From: Okamejei kenojei
Taxonomy: Eukaryota
DNA: 64,000 bases
Direction: 5' to 3'
Assembly: GCA_035221665.1 (NCBI GenBank)
Contig: CM069174.1
Coordinates: 10,168,001 to 10,232,000, forward strand
Position numbers and translations under genes: made by a program. The notes below the pieces were generated by a model, which saw only the letters and a list, made by a program, of their open reading frames with translations, had not been told where the DNA came from and did not search any database. This document shows, in pieces, positions 1 to 13,397 of the stretch. Numbering within the stretch: position 1 is the first letter of the stretch; every line of letters begins with the position of its first letter.

Positions 1-1362
1 AACCTCTCTCACCGAAACATTGACTGCACTTTAAAAAAAAATGAAACTGAGCAATTAGCACTGGCCAATACTACATTCTCAAACATAAAACGCTGTTTAG
101 AACCAGGCAGGCTCTTTTTGTGGAGCAAGAAACAGATTTGAGCTACTGGCAGAACCGCTTTTGGCTAATCTGTTGGGGTTGTGTCTCAACAAGCAGCAGA
201 TGCTCCTGGAATCTTGCCCAGATGCCAAGCCTTTTAAATGCGAACAGGAGACAGAGTCAAGGGTTGGGTTTTTTTCTCATTATTTAATTTTTTTTTTCAG
301 TTTCTGGTTGTCGTTTGCAATTACCATTTTTAGAATACATAATTACCATTACATACGCAGACATCTTAAACCTCACCTCTAGAATTCAGCTTTTTGGACC
401 ATGTTTGGCACAATGCGGTGGTCTGAAGTTTGAGTGCTCCAGATGATACCCAAACTGGGCTTGGTGAAGAGGTTATTAGTGAGTACGCACTACAGAATAG
501 CACTGTCAATGATACCTCCATCACGGTGCTGATGACTGACAGAAGACAGATTCCAGCGAATTACTGCCCATTGTACATCCTACGTCTGGGCAACGGGACA
601 CCCTGGGCAATGTTCCAGATTGTAGGGTAGATGCCATTGTTGTGATTGTACTGGAACAGCTTGGTTAGAGGCACAGCTAGTTCAAGAGTTCAGGCCCTCA
701 GTGCTGCAGATGCGAGGTTGCCTCAACCTATAACCTTTGCTGTATCCAGTGCTGATAGGATACGAATGTTGCTCTGACCGACCATCCACACACATGCATG
801 CAGCCTCGAGCAGGTATAACTGGATGCTCGACACAAATTGGGAGCAAGGAACCTTGCTGAGGCTGTGCATTCCCTTCCTATCTGTGGAACCCAGCTAGCT
901 CTTCGTAGATATCAGACAAACCTGGGACCTCCCTTTCCTGTAACTCTCAAGAGAACACTCAGTAGTTGCTCACTCAGCCATGGAGGGAAACGAGACAAAT
1001 CTTGTTGATGTTTTGCTCCAGATTAATACCATCTTAAATTTCCCTGATACATGAATAATCTTTAATGCTTGCCCACACTTCACCAAACTCTCTGATGCAA
1101 TGTGGCGGCCAAGTGTCAGGTTATTGACAGCAGTTATAGTGTCAGGTGCTGCAGTTGCAGGGAGAAGAACAGCAGATATTGTTAAAGAGAGTACAAGCCT
1201 CTCATTGTAAACAGTACAATTGCAATGGCCATTTTCAGAGCTTTAGAAAGAGTTTGTACATTACATCCTATTTAACAAATTCACCTTTGGGCAAGGAATT
1301 TACTTAGAGTATACACTGGCCACTGAGTCAATTCTGGCCATCTTCCATTTGTCCCAATTTCA

Positions 1363-1824
<462 letters not shown>

Positions 1825-1825
1825 T

Positions 1826-2127
1826 TAGACTTTAGAGATACAGCGTGGAAACGGGCCCTTCGGCCCACTGAGTCCACGCCGACCAGAAATCTGCCCACAC
1901 TTTAGCACTATCCTACACACTAAGAACTATTTACAATTTACAGAAACCAATTAACTTACATGTACATCTTTGGAGTGTGCGAGGCGACTGGAGCACCAGG
2001 AAAAAACCCACGCAGTCTCAGGGAGAACATGCAAACTCTGTACATACAGCACCCATAGTCAGGAACGAACCTGGGTCTCTGGCGCTGTGAGGCAGCAACT
2101 CTACCGCTGCACCACAGTGCTGCCCCA
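1826..2127 (-). mobile_element. tRNA-derived HE1-like V-SINE
   Basis: tRNA-like head, V-domain-like core and a CR1-derived 3' tail. Homologous to 5472-5970 and 17668-17932. Confidence 0.75.
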
Positions 2128-2859
2128 TTTCAGGTTGACACCCTTCAGTCTGAAGAAGGGTCCCGACCCAAAACATCACCTATCCATGTTCTCCAGAGAT
2201 GCTGCCCGATCCGCTAAATTACTCCAACACTTTATGTCTTTTTCGGGGAGAATATATATTAGGAGGATAAGGTGAACCTGGCTGTGAAACATTTGGCCTA
2301 ATCCAGTGTCTGGACACGTTCAGTAAACAGCAACCACTCGATCGAGGCTGCAGAAAGCAGCTGCTGGCTGTGGTCCTCTGCCAGTTAGGCACAAGGCCTG
2401 CTGCCCTGACACTGAGCTCCAGTTTGTAAAGATTTACAGACCCGACTCAAAATGACAAGCAGCTTAAAATATGGAGCGGCATTGTTCTGTTTTGTTTCAA
2501 TAAGTTCTCATGATGTATGCACAGCACGTACTCTGAAAGGGTTGAATTTGCAAATTCATAGTCCTGGACCTCAGTCAATAAATATCAAAAGATAGCGCAG
2601 TCCTGAAAACTTGCTTTCTTTGGAAAATGACGGCATCTGAATTGCTGATGAGCACACTTAGCAGGTGAGACCACCTTCCTACCACCACCACAAGCTCAAA
2701 ATACTGTCTATATCCTAATATTGAGCACTGGGGAGACCCATGAAGCCCATCAGGAGATTTTGTGTAGGAAGGAACTGCAGCTGCTGGTTTAAACCGAAGA
2801 TAACACAAAAAGCTGGAGTAACTCAGCGGGAGAAGCAGCATCTCTAGTGAAAATTAATA

Positions 2860-2893
2860 GGTGACGTTTCGGGTCGAGACCCTTCTTCAGACT
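2860..2893 (-). ncRNA. Minimal hammerhead ribozyme motif (intact core) in a Penelope-derived tail
   Basis: The - strand reads AGU CUGAAGA A GGGU-CUCG-ACCC GAAA CGUC ACC. Confidence 0.6.
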
Positions 2894-3279
2894 GAGAGTC
2901 AAGGGAAAGGGAAACAAGCAGATTTTGTTCTGTCCACAACAGCTACTCAGTCTCTCAGCATCAGCGCTCAATCCCTTCTCTGTCTAGAACTGTATGGAGC
3001 TGCCTGTTGGACCCATTGAACAATCGTTTTCATCCATTACTCTACCCCCATTTGTATAATGTCTAATCTCACATGTCGCAATGTAATTTCTAACTTCATG
3101 TGGCTAACAAATCCAATGATAAAGTTTAAATCTGCCGCTCACAGTAGCTTGTGGGCAGCGGTGAACAAATACAGATCAGGTACTTGCCGTGTGGGTTTTT
3201 GGGCAGACCCCAGATTTGCCGCATAGAGGTTAGCAACTGGCAAAAACAGCCCCCCGATGGGACCGGTGCTTCAACTCAC

Positions 3280-3392
3280 CAGTAGCTCGTCCATGCTCGT
3301 ATTGCATTTCTCCAGGTTGATTCTCTTTATCGCCACCCGCTCATTTTTGGGTTTGCAGAGAGCCGCCTGTACCACGGCAGTAGCCCCGCAGC
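3280..3392 (-). CDS. STK39: STK39-like kinase coding exon 2 ([38 protein letters not shown])
   Basis: Acceptor ...ctcactacAG at 3393-3394 and donor GTGAGT at 3274-3279. 113 bp, phase 1 to 0. Contains the Gly-rich loop and the VAIK lysine. AALCKP is SPAK-like rather than OSR1-like (AAYCAP). Not present in the ORF track. Confidence 0.93.
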
Positions 3393-5471
3393 CTGTAGTG
3401 AGAGAAGAAAAACCCGCAAATAGCAATCACAAGTGGCAAAGCACAGAACTAAGCAGCAAACCACTCTCACCTTTACAACGGAGCAGTAGCAAAACTCCCT
3501 CCGCGCCAACTCCGGACACTTTTCCAGCTCAAGTGTTCAGTCTGAGCCAGTCATTTAGTGTTGGAGCTGACCCATGCTCGTAGTCTCACCACAGAAATGG
3601 GCTACCAGACAGGTTTCTAAGTATTTAAAGTTCCGACCTTGCAGCGGTTGCAAGGTAATCCATTTATAGCAACGTACATCACACAAAGCAGAGACATCAT
3701 TCTCACTCCCTCTCACAGACAATATTTTTTTGGAACAGTTAATATGCAGCATGGTCCAGGTTCAACTATTCCGATATACTTACATCCTCACGCCATTTTC
3801 CTAACAGGGAGAGTGGGAGAATGGAGAAACAACCAGTTTATGGTGCTCCCTGATGCAGCTTATAACCTCCCTTATAATGGTTATTACTGATTAAGTGGCT
3901 ATGACCGTCTTCAGACCACAAATTTAAACAGAGCATGGACAAATCGGTACAGATGCCATCTCCGCACCCTTGGAGTGCCTGTGGTACAAACACATCTAGC
4001 GCAACACTGGTGCTCATTCACCAACAGGTGACACCTCGCCGAATCACACTAACGGCTTTTACACCAACTCTCATCCTGGACTGTTCTCACCACGTCCATC
4101 TCTAAAGATCCACATTCCTCAATGCCCACTCTTCCACCCACCCAGCTGGCATCCTTTGTCTTCATGCTCATTGACACCATCGACACTTTCTCCGCGTGGC
4201 TGCCCCATCCTCAGGGGTCTGAACCATCCAGGGGTCATTACCACCCATTTTGCACATATCCACATTATGCCTTTCCCACAGCAGCATTCCTTCCTTGGCC
4301 AACATCACCACCATCCCATGAATGTGGCAAGGACAGAGTCATACAAAGCACGGAAACAGGCCTTTCAGCCCAATTCATCCATGCCGACCAAGATGCCCCA
4401 TGCAAGCATTCTCCTACGCCTCGCCCGCATCCCTGAGATCCATGGGACAGTCCCTACATATATTGCTCTAACATTGTGCTCCAACGCAAGTTTAATGTTC
4501 ACTGTCCATGTTCATCAACACAGACTTTTGTCAAAAACAACTAATGCAGCAGATACTTTTTCTTAAAGAAACCGTATTCTCAGTAAATGCCCATTCTGTG
4601 GTCACATCTTCGAAATGCTTTATCTTTGGAAAATAAATATTGAGTTTGTAGCTGGTTAGTAGCATGTTCGACAAGTGAATTGACAAGATGCAAATGATGT
4701 AACTGACACTAACTGGACAGAAGGCTAGTGCTTGGTGGTCATGCATCATGGAATCAGAATGAACTGTTGGTTAGTTTTGAAATGGAGAGTAAGTAAATAT
4801 TGAGGCTCCTTTACAAAGTGTGAAGTGTTTTGTTACACATCGCTGCAGGCGCTTCTTCCATAGTTAACTCCCCATCAGCACTGGTGCCTCTGAGCTCCCC
4901 TGTCATGGAAGAGGAAGGGGAAGTCAATAAGGAGAACCTTCACCCAACAGCAAAAGCACAGCCAAGAGAGTGCATCACACCTTTGAGGATCCTCCACAGG
5001 GCCACCTCAGGAAACAGCCAAGTCAATGGTCTGTCCATCTGAAACAGATAAAGGGACACTTTAACCACAATGCAGATGGCCCACAACTGCCTTTTCCAAT
5101 GCCTTGAGCACACAAGTTGCAGATGGTGGCACAAGGACTTGGAGCAAAGGCAATATCCCATCATGTGTGCTGTGCCTTGCGTCACACAGAGCAAGCAAGG
5201 ATGTCTCACCACATTCATTTGCTCGTCAATTTGCTCAGCCTCGGTAACAGCCAGCCAACGATCCTCTCTCTACACAGTGCTCCAATGAGTTGTCTGAAGC
5301 CCAGTCTGGTGGCAACTATGAATGCCAGTGGGCTTCACAAGTCGTTTGCAATGATGCAACTTGGTTAAACTCTTCAGACAATTCATCATCTTCCCAACCC
5401 CATTTTATATGTAGTGTCAATAACAATGGATTTACTTCCATCAGTACATGAGAAATATTATTCCTTTACCT

Positions 5472-5970
5472 GGGTGGTGCAGCAGTAGAGTTGCTGCCTC
5501 ACAGCACCAGACACCCAGGATCAATCCTGACCACGGGTGCTGTCTGTACGAAGTCTGTATGTTCTCCCCGTGACCTACATGGGTTTTCTACAGGCGTTTC
5601 GGTTTCCTCCCACAATCTAAATACGTACAGGTTTGAAGTTACATAGACATAGAAACATAGAAACATAGAAATTAGGTGCAGGAGTAGGCCATTCAGCCCT
5701 TCGAGCCTGCACCGCCATTCAATATGATCATGGCTGATCATCCAACTCAGTATCCCGTACCTGCCTTCTCTCCATACCCTCTGATCCCCTTAGCCACAAG
5801 GGCCACATCCAACTCACTCTTAAATATAGCAAAGTTAAATAAGTTAATTGGCTTGGTAAAATTGCAAATTGTCCCTAGTATGTGTGTGGGATAGTGTTAG
5901 TGAATGAGGATCGCTTGTCGGCGCAGACTCAGTGGGCTGAAGGGCCTGTGTCCACGCTGAATCTCTAAAC
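5472..5970 (+). mobile_element. HE1-like V-SINE interrupted by an antisense CR1 3' fragment (about 5640-5830)
   Basis: SINE head and core (GGTTTCCTCCCACA), then an (ACATAGAA)n-tailed CR1 piece, then the SINE resumes. Confidence 0.75.
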
Positions 5971-8900
5971 CTTTGTAAACTTTAACGATTTAACGTAGCA
6001 TTACTTTTCTCACTTCTGAGTCCACAGGCTCTGTTTCCCTTCAGTCCAGCATGCCCGTTGTCACTCTCAAAAGCAATTGAAGCATGGTGCGAAGTGGCCC
6101 AGTAGTCAGCCCCCTGCAGCAGCAGGCACTCCCTCATTGATCCAAAGGCAGGTTCTGAACCTGCCTTTGCGTCAGCCATGACCTTGGTTCTTCTGACCAT
6201 GGTTCAGTGATGTCCCTTTCTCACTCTGCTGGCAATCAGCATCCACCTGCAGGCTCTGAAGTCTCACCTGAAGTCTCCTAATTGCTGTAAGTACCATTGC
6301 AAAGTGACAACCAGTCAGGTGGACAACAGTTCCTGCTGATGCTGTTGGTTCTCCACCTGTCTTTAGAAAGGGAAGGAAGGATACGGAATCCCTCCATTTA
6401 CCTCAAAGGAAGGGAGTTTTGCAAGTCATCTTGGCGCTCCAAGGCAGACCGTCACATTTCAGCAGTTCCTTGTTGTTCCTACATTAGTGCCGGAATAATC
6501 CGTTGACCCAGATATGGCACTCACTGCATGTCAATATGGACCAGTCATCAGTATAACCAACGTGATTTCCCCACCAGCCACACTCAGGATCCCTGCAGTC
6601 AAGTGGGTTCTAGTTGCTGATTTGTACGTACCCCCGAGTTTCACTCTAAAGATAGTTGAGCATTCAGGGTCCAACATCCAGGCTGTTACGTTCCCCCTCA
6701 TCCACTCTCCCTAAATCCTAAAATGTTTCTGCTCTCCATCCCAGTGCCGACAGTCTTCCACCCACAATGTTGACTATGTTTCTCTTCCCACAGATGCCGC
6801 CTGACCTGCTGCACGTTTCCCTAATTTTCTGTTTTTATGTTAGATTGCCAGCATCTGCTGATTTTCTTTTGATTTTCACAGTCTGGATTTGGAGACCATC
6901 ATCAGAGAGTACTTGGTTTTGGATTACAATATTCAAACCTTTAGTCACAGACTCCTTTAGTCATGTAGTTCATGGAAAACAAAGCTCAGCATGTTGTGCG
7001 CACGCACACACACTCACATACTGGCTGCCTCTCCAGACAGGTTTTATTTTACCTTGTTCTAGTTACTTCAAACCCCTTAATCATTTGTTCACTTCCCTCT
7101 GGACTCCCGATTCATGGGTTGTCACCTTCTCCCCAAGCAACGATAAACCATTCTACATTTCCTTGAGCAGTGTCTGCTTTGATCTGTCGTTTTCATGCCT
7201 TGCTCTTTCATATCTCTAGACTCCCTCTCCCCTGACTCTCGGTCTGAAGAAGGGTCTCGACCTGAAATGACACCCATTCCTTCTCTCCAGTGATGCTGCC
7301 TGTCCCGCTGAATTACTCCAGCATTTTGTGTCTATCTTCGATGTAAACCAGCATCTGCAGTTCCTTCCTACACAGAACAGCATTTGCTGTCTTTGTGAAA
7401 AACAATAAGGTTGTGAAGAGTATCGTGTCCAGAGTACTGAATTCTCCAGCATGACTCAGCACCTTGAGCAAGGAACAGAAGTGTTTAAATGCCTCATTCT
7501 TAATGTTGTATAAACATTGTTGTAATAAAGGTAATAGACCCCAGGCAGACTCTTATAATTGAGTTTCCTCCTGGTAAGGGCCAGGCCACAGATTATGTTA
7601 TCTGTTTTGTTTAGTCACTGTTCGTGATGGCCCAGTGCTCAGCTGTGAATAAAGATGCTTCCAATCATTTTCACTTCACGTGGTCCTTTTTAAAATCTTG
7701 GCAGCAGACAAGGAGCTGCATATTTACAATCAGCCACTGCTCAGAGTTACTATGCCGCTCGTCACCACTCTACATAATAAAGGGCTCTCAGAATCCTTTT
7801 CCTTGCTAAACAGATTTGAAGACTGGAACTGTTCTGAGAAAAGGTCATCGGAATGAACCATTAACTGTTTTCTCTCTCCACAGATGCTGTCTTAAAAAGC
7901 ATTTCCAGGAGTTTGTTTTCATGTTATTTTGATACAGGAACCGTCAAATCTCCACAAATGCTGCCTGACCTGCCACATCCTTCCAGCATTTTCCTTTCTC
8001 TATTCCATTCACCACCAATATTCCCTGCAATGTATTATTCACACATTCCATCATTCACCTACATCAGGGGAAATTTAACTCTATCCATTTTTTTATTTTG
8101 CTACACAGTGCATGCTAGTCTCTCAGAATTAGCGGGCAGGTCTCCACCTAATATATTGATTGAGCTGTTTGGCAGATCTCAAGGATCGAGGCTGAGAAAA
8201 AGTAGGGTCTTGACCCGAAACGTCACCTATTCCTTTTCTCCAAAGATGCTGCCTGACCCCCTGTGTTACTCAAGCTTTTTGTCCCTATCTTCGGTCTGCT
8301 TCATGGTTGTGTCGCCACAGCCCACACCAACCTCCTTTCTGCGCAAAACAGCAGTAAAACTGTGCATCTTTTGCAAAATATTCTCTAAAAATACAAGAAC
8401 GTTTGTAAAAAATCAACTGCTAGTAGAAAGAAATAATGGAAAGATAATTGCTGATTGCTTTTGACTCTATTGTTAACTAGACACGCACTACCCCCTGCTC
8501 TAAATAGTTCCCAGATATGAAGTTAGAAAAGGAGTCTGCCAATGTGGCAATTCATAGGATGTGTGCAAAAAGTGCTTCAAATGTACAGTGGTAACCTGGC
8601 ACCTGCAAAAAAATTAAAAGGTTTTAACAGACTTGGGTTTTAGATGGTGACCAACCCATTATGCGTATCAATACATTAAAAAAAAAAATCCTGTTTCCAC
8701 TGCACCCAATTACATTTTGATAGACATCTACCTTCCATTCTGTGGGATGAGGCTGTTGCAAACCTGGTGCTGCTATGGTTCAAGTGTCAGAAGCATTTGG
8801 GCACATGGGGATTATTGCTGCCCAGTGAATTGTAAGCTGTAGTGAGCTTGGAGTCTTGATCTTCCAACACAGGTACTTAGATAAGAAAGGCATAGAGAAA

Positions 8901-9715
8901 TACAGGCCTAATATAAGCAAATACGATTAGTGAAGATAGGCCATAGGTGTTACATATACACAGGAGACGGGTGTTGAAATATCAAGACGTTAAACTTAGT
9001 ACAGTTCACTATTCACTAGGCAGTACTTGTGACATTTGATGTCTCAGTAAGTGTCTCAGTGACAGAATAAAAGCCTGTAATTTTACAATGGACATGTTTG
9101 AGTTTAGTACATGAAGGCTTATTGCTCTTGCTTTCCTGTTGAGACTTTTTAAAAATCTACTTCTCTTACCCGTATTTGTCAGCTGTTTCTTTTTTATAGT
9201 ACTTTGCTGTAAGACATATAGAGAAAACAAAATACAGAAGTAATGAAAGTGTTTCTCAATTTTATTTCTCTACATTGTTACTTGAGGGCATGCAAGGTTT
9301 TCTGCCAGAGGATAGACACAAAATGCTGGAGTAACTCAGTGGGACAGTTGCATTTCTGGATAGAAGGAATGGGTGACGACAGGAGCATTTGAGCCTGTTC
9401 AGCCATTCATTTGGATGATGGCTGACCTGTTATCTCACTCCATACAGCTGCCCTCTTCACCATATCCCTTAGTAGTTTTGATTAACAAAAATCTCTGTCT
9501 GTCTCAGATTTAAAATCATCAATTGACTTGGCATCAGCTGCTATTTGTAGCAGGTAGTTACAGATTTCTACATGTCTGTCAAACGATTTCAAACCACACC
9601 CCCCCAAACTCTGGCCGCTCGTCCCTGACCTTTGGGAAGGGTGTCAAATGATCCCCGTTCACTCTTTTTTGTGTGCTTATTTCCTCGTAATTTAACCCTC
9701 CTAGTCAGGTGTCAA

Positions 9716-10160
9716 CTTCTCTACATCGGTGAGACCAAGCGCAGGCTGGGCGATCGTTTCACTGAACATCTCCACTCAGTCCGTATGAACCAACCATGAT
9801 CACCTGGTTGCTCAGCACTTCAACTCCCCCTCCCATTCCCAATCTGACCTTTCTGCCCTGGGCCTCCTCCATTGTCAGAGTGAGGCCCAGCGCTAATTGG
9901 AGGAGCAGCACCTCATATTTTGCTTGGGTAGTTTACACCCCAGCGGTATGAACATTGACTTCAGATAGCCCTTGCTTTCTCTCTCCATCCCCTTCCCCTT
10001 CCCAGTTCTCCCACTAGTCTTACTGTCTCCGACTACATTCTATCTTTGTCCTGCCCCCTCCCCTGACATCAGTCTGAAGGGTCTCAACCCGAAACGTTGG
10101 CCATTCCTTTTCTCCAGAGATGCTGCCTCACCTGCTGAGTTACTCCAACATTTTGTCTAC
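9716..10160 (+). mobile_element. Penelope-like element 3' fragment (GIY-YIG endonuclease plus tail)
   Basis: Translates as YIGETKRRLGDRFTEHLHSV...VAQHFNS...LEEQHLIFCLGSLHPSGMN and ends in the hammerhead-bearing tail. Confidence 0.85.
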
Positions 10161-13159
10161 CATCACTCTAACCATATATAACCATATAACAATTACAGCA
10201 CGGAAACAGGCCCTCTCGGCCCTTCCAGTCCGTGCCGACCATTTGTTTTCCCCTAGTCCCATCTACCTGCACTCAGACCATACCCCTCCATTCCCTTCAC
10301 GTCCATATACCTATCCACTTTAGTCTTAAATGTTAAAATCGATCCTGCCTCCACCACTTCTGCTGGAAGCTCATTCCACACAGCCACCACCCTCTAGTCA
10401 GTTTACCCTTCCTAATGAGTGGTGTCCACAACTGTTCATAGTATTCCACTGGGAATATAATGAGGGCTATGTATAAATATTGAAAAGAGACCACTGTAGT
10501 GGCCTATGTTGCAATAACTACCTTCCTTCCACATAAAACAGTTCTGATATGTTTCTCAATCTTGACTGGGTGCTATTATACTTGTAAATCCATTTCCTGG
10601 GTACTTATTTAATGTACTAATTCAATTTACAGACACTTTTTTTCTCAAGCTGCTTTTCCTTCCTGTGCGTTTTTATGTGTTTTCCTCTCATATGTTCCTT
10701 TGCAGATTTATTTGGTTCCCCTTTTGGCCGTACTACTGGCAAATGCTTCAAACTCCCTCTCGTTCCCTCCCCGGCACCAGCCCTCGGGCTCTTTTCAGCA
10801 GACTACATTAAAGTGGGGAAAAGAACGATTTAAAAATAGTCAAATATGGACATTTTTTAAAAAGGACGGCAACTGGATACCAGAATGTTGAGACCAATGA
10901 AAGATCGCATTGCAAAATCACAATGGATGACGTGCTGCAACAGGGGTCAGACAATTCCATCTTTGCAAACAAAGCTGTGGCGTGGGGAAGAGGGAAGGTG
11001 TAATCCAATCCGCTAATGTTTTCAGTCCAAATCTGCTTTTACCCAAAGAGGAAACATTCTCCATTCAAACTTTGAAAGTTAATAACATCAGATAAAATCA
11101 GTCCTTTCTAGTGCATTTTTGGGAAATCACTACCATCACTCTTTTCTTCATCGCTTACAACAGAATTTAGATTACTAATGAATTATTCATAAATTTTGTT
11201 TTACCTGCCAAAATTAAGTGGTGATTGATGGCACCCATGGAGCAGTCATGTTGATGTATAACACAGGAGAAACAGTGATACAGCTAGCATTGAAACCTTC
11301 AAATCTCCACAATGATTGGCTGTGCAACACAGTTATATAGCATGAAACAGAGAGCTCGTGGGCAAGTTCTCAAGAATCATCTGGCACTTGTTCAAATCGA
11401 CCAGGGGATCCTCTTTTAGATTAACCATTTTCACTTGTAGTTTCTGATCAGCATTTTTATGGACTGCAGTGCACACACCTGCATACAGATACCCATGAAT
11501 AGATTGATAGGCTCTCTGACATCCATTCTGAGCACCCGCACACAAATTACAACGCAGAAAAGAGGCTATTTAATCAACCAGTGCACACCACTGTTTACGG
11601 TATTTACTAATAGTAATCATAAATTCCACCAAATTCCTACACTATCAACCACTCTAACGATCAGTGATACTATCATAAATCATATTACAATCCAGAACTG
11701 AATGGCTGTCTTCTTGACGTAAGATTCCCACACCTGATTGCTATCTCAACAACACTTGCTGTTAAGTGTAGTTGAGTGGGTATTAATTTGAAGAATCTGT
11801 TGACACTGGCAAGGCACATGTACCATGTCTGCGGTGCCGATAGGCTGCAAGCTCCTGTGAAACTGTGCCTTTGCCCTGAAACAAGGAACGAAAGTGGGCT
11901 CAAAACTGGAAGATTTTAAAAAAACATACAAAATTTCACTTTGCGGGTTACTGATCAATATTGTGCAGAGCGCTGCAAAAGGTACAGTACCAAAACACTC
12001 CACACACGGCCATGTTGAGCCTAATCACTTTCTTACTAATTGGGGATAGAGGAGATTTATGATGACATACAATGCAAATTAATTAAAAGAAAGTATTTTC
12101 TATCCTTATTTTTAAATGCATTGATTTTTTCAAATATAAATTTATGGCTCATAAATTGCAGATTATGGTGAGACCAACAATGCTTTGTGTTCTGTCAGCA
12201 CCCCCTCGCCCACCCACACCAACTTGCAAAATAAGAATGTAATCCATTTTATGTTCTTCCTGAAAGAGACTCGGACTCAGCACTTTGGCAATTCCACTTA
12301 CGCACCAGTGGCTAGCAGAGGCTGTGGGCAAAGGTCCTTCTTTGCATGTTTGAACTGATAGTAATCATCAAAAGAATTAAAAAGGGAGACTGTGACATTT
12401 TCTTTACAAAAAGGGGCTTTAGAAAGAGGAACTTTCTGTCACAAACTATTGTTGAAATGAAGTACATTTTTTTCCTCATATAAAGGGAATTGCTTGATAA
12501 AGAATATTAATGGAAATCAGGAGTGAGCAGGAGAGTGGGATCAGGCTAAATGGGGAAACAGAGAACTGTTTTAAATCGGACAAATTGCTGCTGTCAAGAC
12601 TCTAGATTACTTTGCTGTCCTTCTCCATAGCATAATGATGGCATAAAAAGACACAAAGTGCTGGAGTAACTCAGCAGGTCAGCCAGCATTTCTGGAGAGC
12701 ATGGATAGGTGACGTTTTGGGTCAGGACTCTTTCTCAGACCCGAGATGCTGCCTGACCGGCTGAGTTACTCCAGCATTTTGTGTCTTTTTGTTTTGCAAT
12801 TCCTTGCATCTAAATAATTATGCCAACTGGATTGCTGGATTGGCATCTGCATTTCAGTATATTTCTATGGGGGAATAACATTCTTTTGTAAAAACAATAC
12901 AGCGCAGAAGTAAGTCATGAACAAAGAGCAGAAGGAGCACACAACCTGCCAAACTTTGTCCATCATTTATGAATCTAGTATCAATCGCTAGATACAACAC
13001 AACACAATAATCCATGTACAAGAGGAAAAGAGTAAATGGTGTAGTTTCCAAATATTATTTTGCTCCAACATGCATAAAGTAAATGTATAGCTGTTGTAAG
13101 TGGGTGCAGTCCCTTCCCAAGTGCTTCGGTGTTGACATGTTCAACACAGATTTAGAAAC

Positions 13160-13397
13160 ATAGAGACAAAATGCTAGAGTGATTCTGCGGGTCAGGCAGC
13201 ATCTCCGGAGAAAATTGATTGGTGACATTTCGGGTTGGGAACCTTCTTCAGGTCTGAAGAAGGGTCCAGACCCAAAATGTCACCTATTAATTTTGGTCTG
13301 AAGATGGGTCCGGACCAGAAACGTCACCTATCCATTTTCTCCAGAGATGCTGCCTGATCCGCTGAGTTACTCCAGTCCTTTTGCGTAAACCAGCATC
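13160..13397. repeat. Fold-back element made of two inverted Penelope tails with three hammerhead-like motifs
   Basis: One - strand copy at 13221-13251 and two + strand copies at 13251-13284 and 13295-13328. The outer arms are mutually complementary. Confidence 0.75.

Noticed and set aside
5472-5545. tRNA gene
   Set aside because: It is the degenerate tRNA-derived head of a SINE, with no intact cloverleaf.
7913-8464. 183-aa ORF (and similar ORFs at 6767-7219 and 54779-55294)
   Set aside because: They run through repeat fragments or intronic low-complexity sequence and have no protein-like motifs.
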